64,000 bases of DNA from contig NC_043012.1 in assembly GCF_006345805.1 (NCBI RefSeq), positions 42,594,001-42,658,000 on the forward strand. The letters are read 5' to 3'. Positions 11,911 through 24,600 of this stretch are shown in pieces (positions within the stretch are counted from its first letter, which is position 1; every line of letters starts with the position of its first letter). Made by a program: the position numbers and the translations under genes. The stretch is from Octopus sinensis. Lineage: Eukaryota. The notes under the pieces are model-generated. The model searched no databases and was not told the DNA's origin. It saw only the letters and a list, made by a program, of their open reading frames with translations.

Positions 11911-12630
11911 AACTGGCCTCCGTGCTGTGGGCACGTAACAAACACCATCCGATCGTGGCCGTTCGCCAGCCTCATCTGGCACCTGTGTCGGTGGCACATA
12001 AAAACACCATCCGAAGACCCGGCAAGACTAGTCAGGCCATAACCTGTGGCCCCTACCTGGGACGTAGTCAGTCCACCTGTGCATACCTTCCTTCTTGTGA
12101 CACTTGTGAAGACCTGTTGAGGCAAGTGAAAATCAAAACAGATGAACATCAATGGAATTTGTATCTTTGTGGTACCAGTGCCGGTGGCACGTGGCACACA
12201 AGAAAACCATCCGAACGTGGCCGTAGCCAGTACCGCATCGACTGGCCTCCGTGCTGTGGGCACGTAACAAACACCATCCGATCGTGGCCGTTTGCCAGCC
12301 TCATCTGGCACCTGTGTCGGTGGCACATAAAAACACCATCCGAGCATGGCTGTCTGCCAGCCCCGTCTGGCACCTGTGTCGGTGGCACATAAAAAACACC
12401 ATCCGAGCGTGGCCGTTTGCCAGCCTCGTCTGGCACCTGTGTCGGTGGCACATAAAATCACCCACTACACTCTCGGAGTGGTTGGCGTTAGGAAGGGCAT
12501 CCAGCTGTAGAAACACTGCCAGATCTGACTGGACTGGTGCAGCTTTCGGGCTCCCCAGACCCCAGTTGAACCGTCCAACCCATGCTAGCATGGAAAGCAG
12601 ACGTTAAATGATGATGATGATGATGATGAT
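11911..12630 (+). mobile_element. Non-autonomous element/SINE-like with RTE 3' tail and internal tandem repeats
   Basis: Ends GGAGTGGTTGGCGTTAGGAAGGGCATCCAGC...GGAAAGCAGACGTTAAAT(GAT)n, as does the RTE LINE at 20530-20687. It has ~57-bp subrepeats and a 330-bp period (11911 vs 12241). Confidence 0.8.
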
Positions 12631-13077
12631 AAGCAATGTAAGATTCCCTTATGAGTGAGATCCAGCAGATTTTTTAACTTGGTCATTCCCAGTAGAGAAT
12701 TTATATACAGTGTTGCAGAGTCAAAGATTTGTATTTAAAATGACCTAGAAATAGGGAGTGTATTAGTATGGTTAAATTGAAAACGGGAAGAGAGGAATGA
12801 AATAAAGAGGGAAAAAAATGAAGAGAAAAAAGAGGAGAGAAAAAAGAAGGAAAGAGAAAGGAGAGAGAAAATTAGTAAAAATAACAAAATAAAAAGAAAT
12901 AAAGAATAAAAAACCTGAAGATAGGAATAAAGAGAATAAAGAAAAATTAAGTGGAGGTAAGTGGTCAGTGGAGGTAATTTGAAAGTAGGAATGGGGATAA
13001 AGAGAGAAAGGTATTTTAGTGTAAAGGAATGACCAATGTGTAGTAGAGTGGAGATGAGTGGCATATCGCTGCTTTAA

Positions 13078-14119
13078 CCCTTTTGTTACTAGCCTAATGG
13101 ATAGGAGTTTCATGTTATCAAGCATTGATTCCGAATTTAAAGCTTTTTCAACGGAAAATAGGGAGATATCGAGAAAAAGAATGAAATAGGTACTAAAGCA
13201 CGTGGTGTACAAAATAATGAATATTTTTTTATCCGAAAATGAAAGCAGCGCCTTCCGAAGAAACAAATCGGCGAAGGCGACAGCGAAGACGATTTTACAT
13301 CGGAATGAAGTAAAAAAACTTTTTAAATGTTTTTATTAGCAATTTTTCTGAGGAGATAAAGTTTATCTATAGCCTTTCTTAGGAAGTGAAACCATTAGAC
13401 TTTTATTTTTTTCAGTATGCTAGTTTGAAGCGATCACTTCGGAAACAAACTTACACAGATTGTAAACAAAACACAAAATGGGGGTTCAAAGTTTGGAAAA
13501 TTTGTGAAGCAAATACTGGGTACTGTTGTGGATTTAGTTTTTATACAGGGAAACTAATGTTAGTCAGCATGGCTTAGGGTACGATGTGGTCTGGAATTTA
13601 TCATTTCCATACCATAACCAGGGCCGTATATTATTTTTTGACCGATTTCTTTAGTTCGGTCAAACTTGAGGTGGATTCCAGTATTTCACTTTATTCCACC
13701 TTTATGGTTACACCTGTTGTGCATTAAATTCAACTGATGATCTAGTGATGTGCACAATTCTTCTTTATCAAAATTTTGTTGCATACCCATTTGAATATTA
13801 GCTGATGATTCATTTTCTATAGTGATGTTTAAACAAAATTTTAATTTTTTACCTTTTGCTCAATTTAAAATTATAATATTTTTACCTTCTGCTCAATTTA
13901 CCTGGATTTACCTGTAATTAAAGTCACTTTGAGACAAAAGTTATGCAATAGAATTGATTAAGAACCCTTTCTTTAATTATGTTCCAAATATCACATTAAT
14001 ATGTTGATAAGTAAAAAAGTTAGTTATTTAATGAAACAAGCCTAAATTCATGATTATTTTAGAATTTAATTGAAACTCATGAGGGGTGTATTTTGGTCAG
14101 AAATATAGTAACGAAAGGG
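13078..14119 (+). mobile_element. piggyBac remnant with TIRs and TTAA target sites
   Basis: TTAA|CCCTTTTGTTACTA ... TAGTAACGAAAGGG|TTAA. An internal fragment KWGFKVWKICEANTGYCCGFSFYTGK (~13475-13550) matches piggyBac transposase. The same right end recurs at 32346-32503 with a different flank. Confidence 0.88.
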
Positions 14120-14418
14120 TTAAGCAATGATATGCCACTCATCTCCACTCTTTTAGATACGATAAACATAGTAAATCTACAACATTCACCAACCACATAC
14201 AACCACCGCTTTTATCACACATTCTACCACAAATCCAAATGCCAGACCCATAGAACCAATGTTGAACTCTTTATTCGCAATATTACCGAATCTGGAACTT
14301 AACTATGGTCTGTCTATAGCACTTATTCAGCATTACCTGACATCTTTGGGTCTCAATGACACCATTATCTCTTATAACCTCAACTTATATATATATTATA
14401 TATATGATATGTATAATA

Positions 14419-14462
<44 letters not shown>

Positions 14463-15069
14463 ATACAAAGTGCCCCCCCCCCCGTGCAATGGACGGTGCT
14501 GAGTTGTCAAACATTTAAACCAAATTTTCTCAAAACAACTTGTCCGACCGTCCCATAGGCCTCCCCTTTGAGAAACACTGATTTAACCTAAATTTGAGGC
14601 ACCAGCAAAAGAAGAAATAAAGATAGACTTTTTTTCTATTCCAAAGAAAAACGATTTTGTTCACACAAACATGCAACCGAAGAGTTTAAAGGACCAGTAA
14701 AGATAAGGCTGTTGAGTGGGAGAACACAAACATGGTTTAAACAGTAAGCTTGACAGGAAAAAAATGTGCCTTTAAACAGTACAAAAACAACAAAAAATGG
14801 AAGGTGCAATTATGTACAGGTTGACGGAAGAAAAGCAGGACAAAAACGATGCATGCAAATGGGTTAGTTGCAGGTAGATCTAGATGGAAAAGCATGATGA
14901 ATTTATGAGAATGTACCTGGGACAATAATAATTTTTTCCGATAAAACATGCAGGAAATCAACTTGGGGCAATTTTTGATGAAAAGCAACAACCTAGGGAA
15001 CTAAGTAACTAATTTTAAGCTAACTTACTTTATGGGATGTTCAAGGGCATGAAAAAGCTAGTGGCAACA

Positions 15070-15279
15070 GCAGATGTACTTGCGTGTACAAATGCACGTT
15101 CTCATGGCTTTATCGATTGCATTCTCACCAGGAATCGATTTTAGTAATTTTTTCAAGACTTATACATGCCCGGATACTGTCGGTAACTACATATCAAATT
15201 TGAGAGCAATCAGATGGAGGATGCCAAAGATCCTAGAAGACACACACACAGACAGACAGAACGGATTTTATATAATAGA
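15070..15279 (-). mobile_element. Non-autonomous Helitron, degenerate
   Basis: 5' A|TCTATTATATAAAATCC end and ACAGACAG repeats. The 3' end is decayed. Confidence 0.55.
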
Positions 15280-15339
15280 TATATATATACATATATATAT
15301 ATATACATATATATACATATATATATATATTATATACAT

Positions 15340-15371
<32 letters not shown>

Positions 15372-15421
15372 CATAAATAATATATATATAAATATATATA
15401 CGAATAATAAAATATATATAC

Positions 15422-15452
<31 letters not shown>

Positions 15453-15480
15453 ATATATATATAAATATATAACATAAAAA

Positions 15481-16397
15481 TACCTTCCGAAGACCCGGCA
15501 AGACTAGTCAGTCCACCTGTGCATACCTTCCTTCTTGTGACACTTGTGAAGACCGGTTGAGGCAAGTGAAAATCAAATCAAATCAAAATAGACAAAATAG
15601 ATGAACATCAATGGAATTTGTATCTTGTGGTACCAGTGCCTGTGGCACACAAGAAATCCATCAGTGCTGTAGTCAGTGCGGTGGGCACATGACAAACACC
15701 ATCCGATCGTGGCCGTTCGCCAGCCTCATCTAGCACCTGTGTCGGTGACACATAAAAACACCATCCGAAGACCCGGCAAGACTAGTCAGGTCATAACCCA
15801 TGGCCCCTACCTGGGACGTAGTCAGTCCACCTGTGCATACCTTCCTGCTTGTGACACTTGTGAAGACCTGCTGAGGCAAGTGAAAATCAAAACAAATCAA
15901 AATAGATGAACATCAATGGAATTTGTATCTTTGTGGTACCAGTGCCGGTGGCACGGGGCACATAAGAAAACCATCCGAACGTGGCCGTAGCCAGTACCGC
16001 ATCGACTGGCCTCCGTGCTGTGGGCACGTAACAAGCACCATCCGATCGTGGCCGTTTGCCAGCCTCATCTGGCACCTGTGTCGGTGGCACATAAAAACAC
16101 CATCCGAACGTGGCCGTCTGCCAGCCTCATCTGGCACCTGTGTCGGTGGCACATAAAAAACACCATCCGAGCGTGGCCGTTTGCCAGCCTCGTCTGGCAC
16201 CTGTGTCGGTGGCACATAAAATCACCCACTACACTCTCGGAGTGGTTGGCGTTAGGAAGGGCATCCAGCTGTAGAAACACTGCCAGATCTGACTGGACTG
16301 GTGCAGCTTTCAGGCTCCCCAGACCCCAGTTGAACCGTCCAACCCATGCTAGCATGGAAAGCGGACGTTAAATGATGATGATGATGATGATGATGAT
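15481..16397 (+). mobile_element. Second copy of the RTE-tail non-autonomous element
   Basis: 15760-16397 is near-identical to 12005-12630, with an additional partial upstream tandem unit and a (GAT)n tail. Confidence 0.82.
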
Positions 16398-16561
16398 ATG
16401 AATAATAAAATATATATACATATATATATAATATATATATAAATATATATATGAATAATAAAATATATATACATATATATATAATATATATCTTAGGCTA
16501 CCTCAAGCCTTAATACCATCTTTCCCCATCTTTCCGCCATCGGCGGTGCGCCTGCCCCCCC

Positions 16562-16731
16562 ACCCCCACCACCAATACCGATGAACACTGTTCTCACCCC
16601 CACCACCAATACCGATGAACACTTTTCTCACCCCCACCACCAATACCGGTGAACACTGTTCTCACCCCCACCACCAATACCGGTGAACACTGTTCTCACC
16701 CCCACCACCAATACCAGTATACCCTGTTCTC
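16562..16731 (+). repeat. 34-bp minisatellite x5 in RTE 5' region
   Basis: ACCCCCACCACCAATACCG(A/G)TGAACACTGTTCTC repeated. Confidence 0.9.
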
Positions 16732-19700
16732 ACCATCTACACTGGATACGCCCTACTCCCTCCACCTCCCCCCACTACCCCTTCTCCTCATATGCTTTCA
16801 CTGTGAAAAGACAAGCTGCTAGCGCCATAGCTCATCAACTGCCCACCGATCTTACGCTTCCTCCTGACACTGCCTCAATCCGACCATCCCCTTTTAGTAC
16901 CCTCCCGCCTCGTAATATCCTACGTTTTTATTTCTTACGAACCTACACCAACCCTTCCTGCCATCGTTCCTCCTTACCCCAACCTTCCCCACTGGTTGCT
17001 CCCCTATATTACCCGCACCCTCTACTATCTCTCCCTCTCTTTCACTGGTGAAACCTTTCTCAACTGGACCCCCCCCCTCCCCAACTCAACTCTAGAATAT
17101 CTGTATTTCTTTCCTCTACCTAATTACGTTACTCAGTGACGATAACGAATGTCCACTGCTAACACCAGCTCCTGCCCACGGCGTGGTCAGGTAGGAAGAG
17201 AGATCAAAAGAAAAATACCACGAAAACTATCACCACCACAACAACCCTCCTCTTCTCAGGCGCCGAATCCCCCCCGTCCCCCCCACATCTCCTTCCCAGT
17301 TTTCAGAGTTGGCACTATCAATGTTGGTACATTGACAGGCAAGTCTAGTGAGATTGTAGAGATGCTAGAGAGAAGACAGGTTGATGTATGCTGCATACAA
17401 GAGGTAAGATGGAGAGATGCTTCGGCTAGGGTCCTCACGAGCAAGGCACTTAGGTACAAACTCTACTGGCAAGGTAACGCGGCAGGTGTAGGGTGTGTAG
17501 GCATTCTCCTTGCGGAGGATGGGTGGATAAGGTCATAGAGGTTGTCAGGGTTTGTGATAGAGTGCTTAAGCTCAGGTTGGTCCTACAGAGTGGCACAGCT
17601 ATGATTATCTCAGCCTATGCCCCACAAGCGGGACTACCAAATGATCAGAAGGACAACTTTTATGATACCCTTCTGCAGGCTACTTCAAAGACTAGTAACA
17701 AGGACCTCATCTTTGTAGGTGGAGATTTTAATGGGCATGTTGGGCGGGAATCGGGTATCTTCACTGGGGTACATGGTGGCTATGGTATTGGCACCAGAAA
17801 TGATGAGGGAACTAGACTGCTGGAATTCTGTGATGCATGTAACCTTTCAATCTGCAACACTAACTTCAAGAAGCCAGTCTGCCACCTTATAACTTATCAG
17901 TCAGGAGACTCCGCTAGCCAAATAGACTTCATCCTCACCAGACAACGGGATGCAGGGTTGCTCTTGAATACAAAGACCCTCCCGGGTGAAGAATGTATCC
18001 CTCAGCATAGACTAATCATCAGTGACTTTAAGCTTGAGGCCAGAAGGACTCCAAGAAACAAACCAATCCAGAAAAGAAGGATTTGGAGGCTAAAGAACCC
18101 TTCGCATGGTCAGAAATTTAGGGACATACTCATCAAGAAATTGATGAGAGGGAGGAGGAGCTTCAGACGTCAGACATAGAAGGTAGCTGGGAATTCCTAT
18201 GGGACAGCTTGCTGAGTGCCACAGACCAAGTCTGTGGATGGTGCAAAGTCCCTTCCAGACCTAGAATTACGTGGTGGTGGAATAGTGCAGTAGATAAAGC
18301 CATCTGTGAAAAGAGACGGGCCTGGAAAGCCTGGAAGGATGGGGGCAGCAGGGAACTGTACCAGATAGCCAAAAGGGAGGCTGGGCGGCAGGTATACATT
18401 GCCAAAGATGTAGCAGAAAAGAAGAAGTTTGCCAATGTCCAGCGTCGCGAGGATCAAAGAGCTGAAGTATTTCGGATTGCCAGACAGTGTGTCAGAGAAA
18501 ATAGCGATGTTATAGGAGAGAAATGTGTCCGCATGGATGATGGGGCACTTGCTTTTACTACTAGTGAAAAGAAAGAGGCTTGGAGAAGCCATTATGAAAG
18601 ACTGCTGAATGAGGAGAATGAATGGGAGGAGGAGAGCCTGCCAAATGTTGACCCAGTAGAGGGACCAGCTACCCGAATAGACAGCTCCCTTGTAGATAAG
18701 GCAATTAAGGATATGAAACCAGGCAAAGCCCCTGGCCTATCAGGAATCACTGCTGAGATGCTTAAAACAGCTGGCTATGTGGGCTATGCCATAGTCACCC
18801 GCATTGTAAACCAGGTAGTTCACAATGGAGTCATACCCAATGACTGGTGCAGCAGCACCATAGTCAACTGCTACAAGGGTAAGGGTGATGCTCTAGATAG
18901 AAATAACTACAGAGGTATCAAACCGTTGGACCAGGTGATGAAGGTCTCAGAGAAGGTCATAACCAATCTCATTAGGGAGAGAATTTGTTTAGATGAAATG
19001 CAGTTCGGTTTTGTACCAGGTAGAAGCACCACTGATGCTATATTCCTGGTCCGACAACTGCAGGAGAAGTACCTAGCTAAAGATAAACCCCTCTACATAG
19101 CTTTTGTAGACTTGGAGAAAGCCTTTGACAGGGTTCCCCGTTCCCTTATCTGGTGGTCGATGCGGAAACTGGAGATTGAAGAATGGCTAATAAGGGCTGT
19201 ACAGGCTCTATACAGAGAGGCTGTCAGCAAGGTTAGGATTGGCAACGAATATAGTGAAGAATTCCGGGTAGAAGTAGGTGTGCACCAGGGCTCAGCCCTC
19301 AGTCCCCTTTTATTCATCATAGTCCTTCAGGCAATAACAGAGGAATTCAAAACGGGATGCCCCTGGGAGCTCCTCTATGCCGATGACCTACCTCTCATAG
19401 CAGAATCACTACCGGAACTAGAAGAGAAATTTCGGGTGTGGAAGCAAGGGTTGGAATCAAAGGGCCTTAGAATAAATGTAGCAAAGACCAAAGTATTAGT
19501 AAGCAGCAAGAGGTACTCAGCACACACCCCCTCGGGTAGGTGGCCCTGCTCAACCTGTAGGAAAGGTACAGGTAGAAACTCCATAAGATGCACCCAATGT
19601 AAGTTATGGACACATAAGAGGTGCAGCAACATTAAAGGGAAATTAACAGATAAGATAGCTTTCATGTGCGGCAGATGCACAGGGACAATAGACACAACAG

Positions 19701-20359
19701 ACACTCAGAAAACAGATTCCATCACACTCCAGGGAGAGAAACTAGAAGTAGTTGATAGTTTCCGCTACCTGGGTGACCAAGTTAGTAGCGGAGGTGGATG
19801 CACAGAGAGTATCACCACTAGAATACGAATAGCCTGGGCAAAGTTCAGAAAGCTCCTACCCCTACTGGCAACAAAAGGTCTCTCCCTCAGAGCGAAAGGT
19901 AGATTGTATGATGCATGTGTGCGAACTGCCATGCTCCACGGTAATGAAACATGGGCTGTGACTGCAGAAGACATGCGTAGACTTGAAAGAAATGAAGCTA
20001 GCATGATCCGCTGGATGTGTAGTGTCAGTGTGCACGCAAGACAGAGTGTAAGCATCCTGAGAGAAATGCTGGATATAAGAAGCATCAGATGTGGTGTGCA
20101 AGAGTGACGCTTGCGATGGTATGGTCATGTGCTGCGGATGGATGAAGAGAGATGTGTGAAGAAGTGCCACTCCCAAACAGTTGAAGGTATCAGGGGGAGA
20201 GGTAGACCCAGGAAGACATGGGATGAGGTAGTCAAGCATGACCTCAGAGCATTGGGCCTCACTGAGGCAATGGCGAAGGACCGAGATCTCTGGAGATATG
20301 CTGTGACTACAAAGACCGGGCTGCTTTCTGCAGCAATTCCACTTACCCCCTACCCATTC

Positions 20360-20428
20360 TAAGTACCCCGGATCCCCAAAGTACCCTGGATCCCCAAAGT
20401 ACCCCGATCCCCAAAGTACCCCGGACCT
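20360..20428 (+). repeat. 18-bp tandem repeat x~4 in RTE 3' UTR
   Basis: AAAGTACCCCGGATCCCC repeated. Confidence 0.85.
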
Positions 20429-20713
20429 CGTTGCCCCCGTGCCGCTGACACGTTAAAAGCTCGAACCGATCGTGACCGATGCCGGACCCTCCGGCCCCTG
20501 TGCAGGTGGCACGTAAAAAGCACCCAATCCACTCACGGAGTGGTTGGCGTTAGGAAGGGCATCCAGCCGTAGAAACTCTGCCAGATTCAGACTGGAGCCT
20601 TGAGCGGCCCCTGGCTTCCCAGACCCGGTCGAACCGTCCAACCCGTGCTAGCGCGGAAAGCGGACGTTAAACGATGATGATGATGATATATAAATATATA
20701 TATGTATAATAAA

Positions 20714-20744
<31 letters not shown>

Positions 20745-20784
20745 GTATTATAAAATATATATATATATATTATATATGTATTAT

Positions 20785-20849
<65 letters not shown>

Positions 20850-21014
20850 GTATATATGTGTAATATAATTAGAGAAAAACCACTATTATGCAATTCAAAC
20901 AATGATAGACATAAACCCCAAATCATAAATAAAAAATAAAATAGATTTCTTAAAACATATAACTAGATCACAAAAAGTATAAAAATGAATAATCAATATA
21001 AAATAAGTAAAAAA

Positions 21015-21115
21015 AACTACGTATGTTTCATGGCTATAATTAAATTCGAATTACAATTAAATCTAAATTTAATCAAAAATCAATTCAATTTAAAGTTATA
21101 GTCACTCTTCAGGTT
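21015..21115 (-). ncRNA. Type I hammerhead-like motif with long stem II
   Basis: AAC-CTGAAGA-GTGACTATAA-(56 nt)-TTATAGCCAT-GAAA-CATAC-GTA-GTT. Stem I is AAC/GTT and the triplet is GUA. Confidence 0.6.
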
Positions 21116-23088
21116 AACAATAATAACAATATCAGTTAAATAAATAAGCTAATAGAGTGAAACAATATTTATTAAAAAAATAAAATAATGATTTTTCTTA
21201 TAGAAGAAACTCCATTAACTAAATTTGAAACTTAAAACATTAGGACTAGTTGCCTACAATACATTTATTATGTTAAATATTTAAAGTAAAAAAAATACAG
21301 TAAATAAATAGAAAAATGTATTTATCTGTGAAGATATAATTTAGCGTAATAAAAGAAATTAATAAAATATAGAATATCTTTAACTTAGCTATACTCTAAT
21401 ATTTAATTGCCAAACTATTTCACAAAACAATCACTCTTAATATTTTTAGATTTAGGTCACATATAATAATTATAAAATAATAAATATATAAAAATAGTAT
21501 CTAAATTATAATCAACAAATATAGTAATTAAAAATCCATATTTTTTTTATCAATAAACATATAAACAATAAATAAATCAGTCCATTATTACTTACATAAA
21601 TATTATAGATATCTTTCAAAAATATTTATGAAATAAAAAATAAGAAATGAAAAATTCCAAAGTAAAAACATATAACTTATCGTTTATAAAATACTTATTA
21701 TTACTATTATTATTAAATGTAATAGTACTAGAAATATAATAAGACTAGAAATATAATAAGAACTTTTAGTTAAATTAAAACATTTTAACGATCTAAATCA
21801 CAAAGTGACTAACTAATATTTTAAAATTTATGTTCAGATATAATAATTATAAAATAATAATTAAATAAATGTACATATCTAAATTATCATTAACAAATAA
21901 AAAATTAGAAATTCATATTTAACAATCAATACTTATAAAGAGTACAATAATGTTTCTTAAATAAAAATGTCTACTTATCTCTCCAAAAGGTATATTATTA
22001 ACTAAAAAATTTCAAAACGAAAAACGTCTTACTTAGCGTTTACAAATTACTCGTGAATTACGTTGCTTAAAGAAATAGAACAAACAGATGGGAATATACA
22101 TTTTATCAATGAAGACTACAAATATATTTTAGCTTTAACAGAAAAAGAGAATAAAATCTCTAAGAGAGAATAAAATCACTATACAGTAGAATACCATTCA
22201 CTAGAAAACTAAAATTTAGAATTAACTACGATAAAATATACTCAAATCTCCATATAGTAAAATTAATTTATATAACTACAATTTACTGTATATTCTCTAA
22301 TACTCTTATACAAATTTATTTGTTTCATACATGTAAATATGGTTACGCTGGAGCCTGACCGTTATTCGAACAAAACCACTTTTAGACCCATTCTATACAA
22401 ACTCAGTACTAATTCAATCAGTATCAATTTTATAACCACTAATTTAATATACTTAAGTTAATCTAAAAACTATAATGTAATTAATATTCATTAATAAATT
22501 ATATTAATTAATTAAATAAACATCTAAAATAAATCTAATTCGAAATATATAATACAAAGTCATGTTGACTAATATATAAAAAACATTATCACAAACCATA
22601 AACTAGATTGTCATTAATAACAAATATATATTATATATCAAATTAATATTCAAATCAAATCCTAACGAATAAATTAAACTTATTATATAGGTAAAGTAAT
22701 TTATATTTAGATCAAATACTTCACTCATTAATTGAATAAATAAAGTACATATTCTTATTATAAATAAATAGTATGTAAAGATAAAACTTTTACTACATAT
22801 TCAAAATTATTTAACATAACTAAAACTATTTCCCCCAAAAAATAATACTTAATACTATTAATTTTAGTACACATATAATAAGTATAATAGCAATATCAAC
22901 AATAACAATAACAACAAAATAATGAAATAATTATCTTTTAATCTATATTCTTTAAATAAATTATATATTTAGTAATTAAATAAACATCAAAATATAATCT
23001 AACACTAATTATGTAAAAACATTTACTAACACTTATTGACTTATATTCAAAACACCCTACGAAACTACAACCACAGCACTACTATAAT

Positions 23089-23128
<40 letters not shown>

Positions 23129-23258
23129 TAATAAATTTTTAATTTAGACTTATTTCATTATGTAATATACAATATATAATTACATGCTAAATTATAGAAT
23201 TAATACTAGTACAAATCATAACCACAAATTAGAAACAAAAAAGGTTTAATTATACTCG

Positions 23259-23570
23259 CTATTTATCTAAAAAATTATCATGTAAGTAAAGTAATTTGTG
23301 TCTACATTTAATTTTACGCTCGTCCAATGAATTAACTAATTTATTATAATTATTAAATATTATTTCTTTAAATTCCCTAGAACATAATAAACAGGAATTA
23401 CTAACTATACAATATGATTTCACCTTGCAAACTATCTCCCATTTTAAATTACATTTAATTTGTTGAGATTTAAGTTCCCATATATATTTGCTAAGCCCAG
23501 TAGAATTCATAAGATTTCTATTCTTAAAGGAGTGCATATGCTGAGCCACTCTTAATTTAATTTTAGAGAA
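23259..23570 (-). mobile_element. Penelope-like GIY-YIG endonuclease C-terminal remnant
   Basis: QHMHSF...STGLSKYIWELK...WEIV...Y...CLLC..E is the typical PLE C-terminal signature. Confidence 0.8.
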
Positions 23571-23679
23571 AGTATAGATTGCGTTTATGTTATTATTATT
23601 CCTGTTATTCTCATCACTTAAAGTAACGATACATTTATAAACAACATCATGTAAATTACATTTATTATTAAATTCACAA

Positions 23680-23921
23680 TTAGATTGATTTGTCCATGTA
23701 AACCTGATTTAGGTAAATTAAGTAAAATTATTCTGGATAAATACATTAATAGGTTAAATGAAATGAATTACCTTAAACTTTGGAACTGTACTAATGATAC
23801 TTTAAAATGGTTTCATAATACTAATGATAAAAATAAGATTAAATTTAATTCAGTTAATGAAGATAATTTAATAATATTGTAAATAATTATAGTAATAATA
23901 ATGATAGTTATAATAATAATT

Positions 23922-23978
<57 letters not shown>

Positions 23979-24600
23979 TTAATTATAATCATAATATACA
24001 AGATATAAATAAAAAAAATTTGGTTAATCATTCTTTTGGGACTCAGGTTAAAACAAATCTTATAAAAGAGATTTTACATATAATTGAAGTATTTATTAGA
24101 GATAATAAAAAATATTATAATATTTTTTCTAAAGATAATTTGGGAGTAGGTTATTCTACTAGAAATAATATTGGTAATATTATTTCTTCATGTTATATTT
24201 TTAAATTAAAGAAATTTTATATAGATAGATTAAATATTAATTCTAATTATAATAATAAAGACCAAGAGTTGATTTATTGTACATGTAGGGACAAGTCTAC
24301 ATGTAATTTGAAAAATTATTGTAATTTAGATAATGTAGTCTATAGGTGTAGGTATCTATAATAGATGATAAGAATTTTAATCATCGTAATTTAAATACTT
24401 ATTATATAAGGTCTACTTCGAATAAAATTAAAAATAGAATTTCCCAACATATGTATTCTTTTAGGAATAAAAATCTTATAAATTCAACAGGTCTCAGTAA
24501 ATATATTTGGGACCTTAAATTTAGATCTATTAAATATAAATTAAATTGGGATATTATTTAAATTTATAGTAAATAGTCTTTTAGATTAAATATTTTAATT
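23680..24600 (+). mobile_element. Penelope-like RT C-terminus/linker/GIY-YIG remnant
   Basis: CKPDLGKLSKIILDK, NLGVGYSTRNNIGNII, CTCRDKSTCNLKNYCNLDNVVYRC, then SQHMYSF...STGLSKYIWDLK. Interrupted by (AAT)n and frameshifts. Confidence 0.75.

Larger units (their letters stand above)
16492..20687 (+). mobile_element. Near full-length RTE-clade LINE (APE + RT + PHD-like zinc finger), inactivated
   Basis: APE motifs (GTINVGTL, DVCCIQEVRW, SAYAPQ, GGDFNGHVG, SQIDFIL) and RT motifs (NYRGI, VDLEKAFDRVP, GVHQGSALSP, LLYADDL), with C-terminal RWYGHVLRM...GRGRPRKTW. Frameshifts near 17525 and 18140, a TGA at 20105-20107, and a (GAT)n tail. Confidence 0.96.

Noticed and set aside
12105-12135. CTG(T/C)TGA-GGCAAGT-GAAA in the RTE-tail module as an HHR
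   Set aside because: Core A6 is missing in both copies and no stems I or III are present.
11990-12440. 57-bp and 34-bp regular repeats as a CRISPR array
   Set aside because: The context is eukaryotic, there are no unique spacers and no cas genes; these are tandem subrepeats in retroelement UTRs.
14567-14580. TTTGAGAAACACTG, resembling a hAT/Charlie right TIR
   Set aside because: No matching left TIR, TSD or transposase was found.
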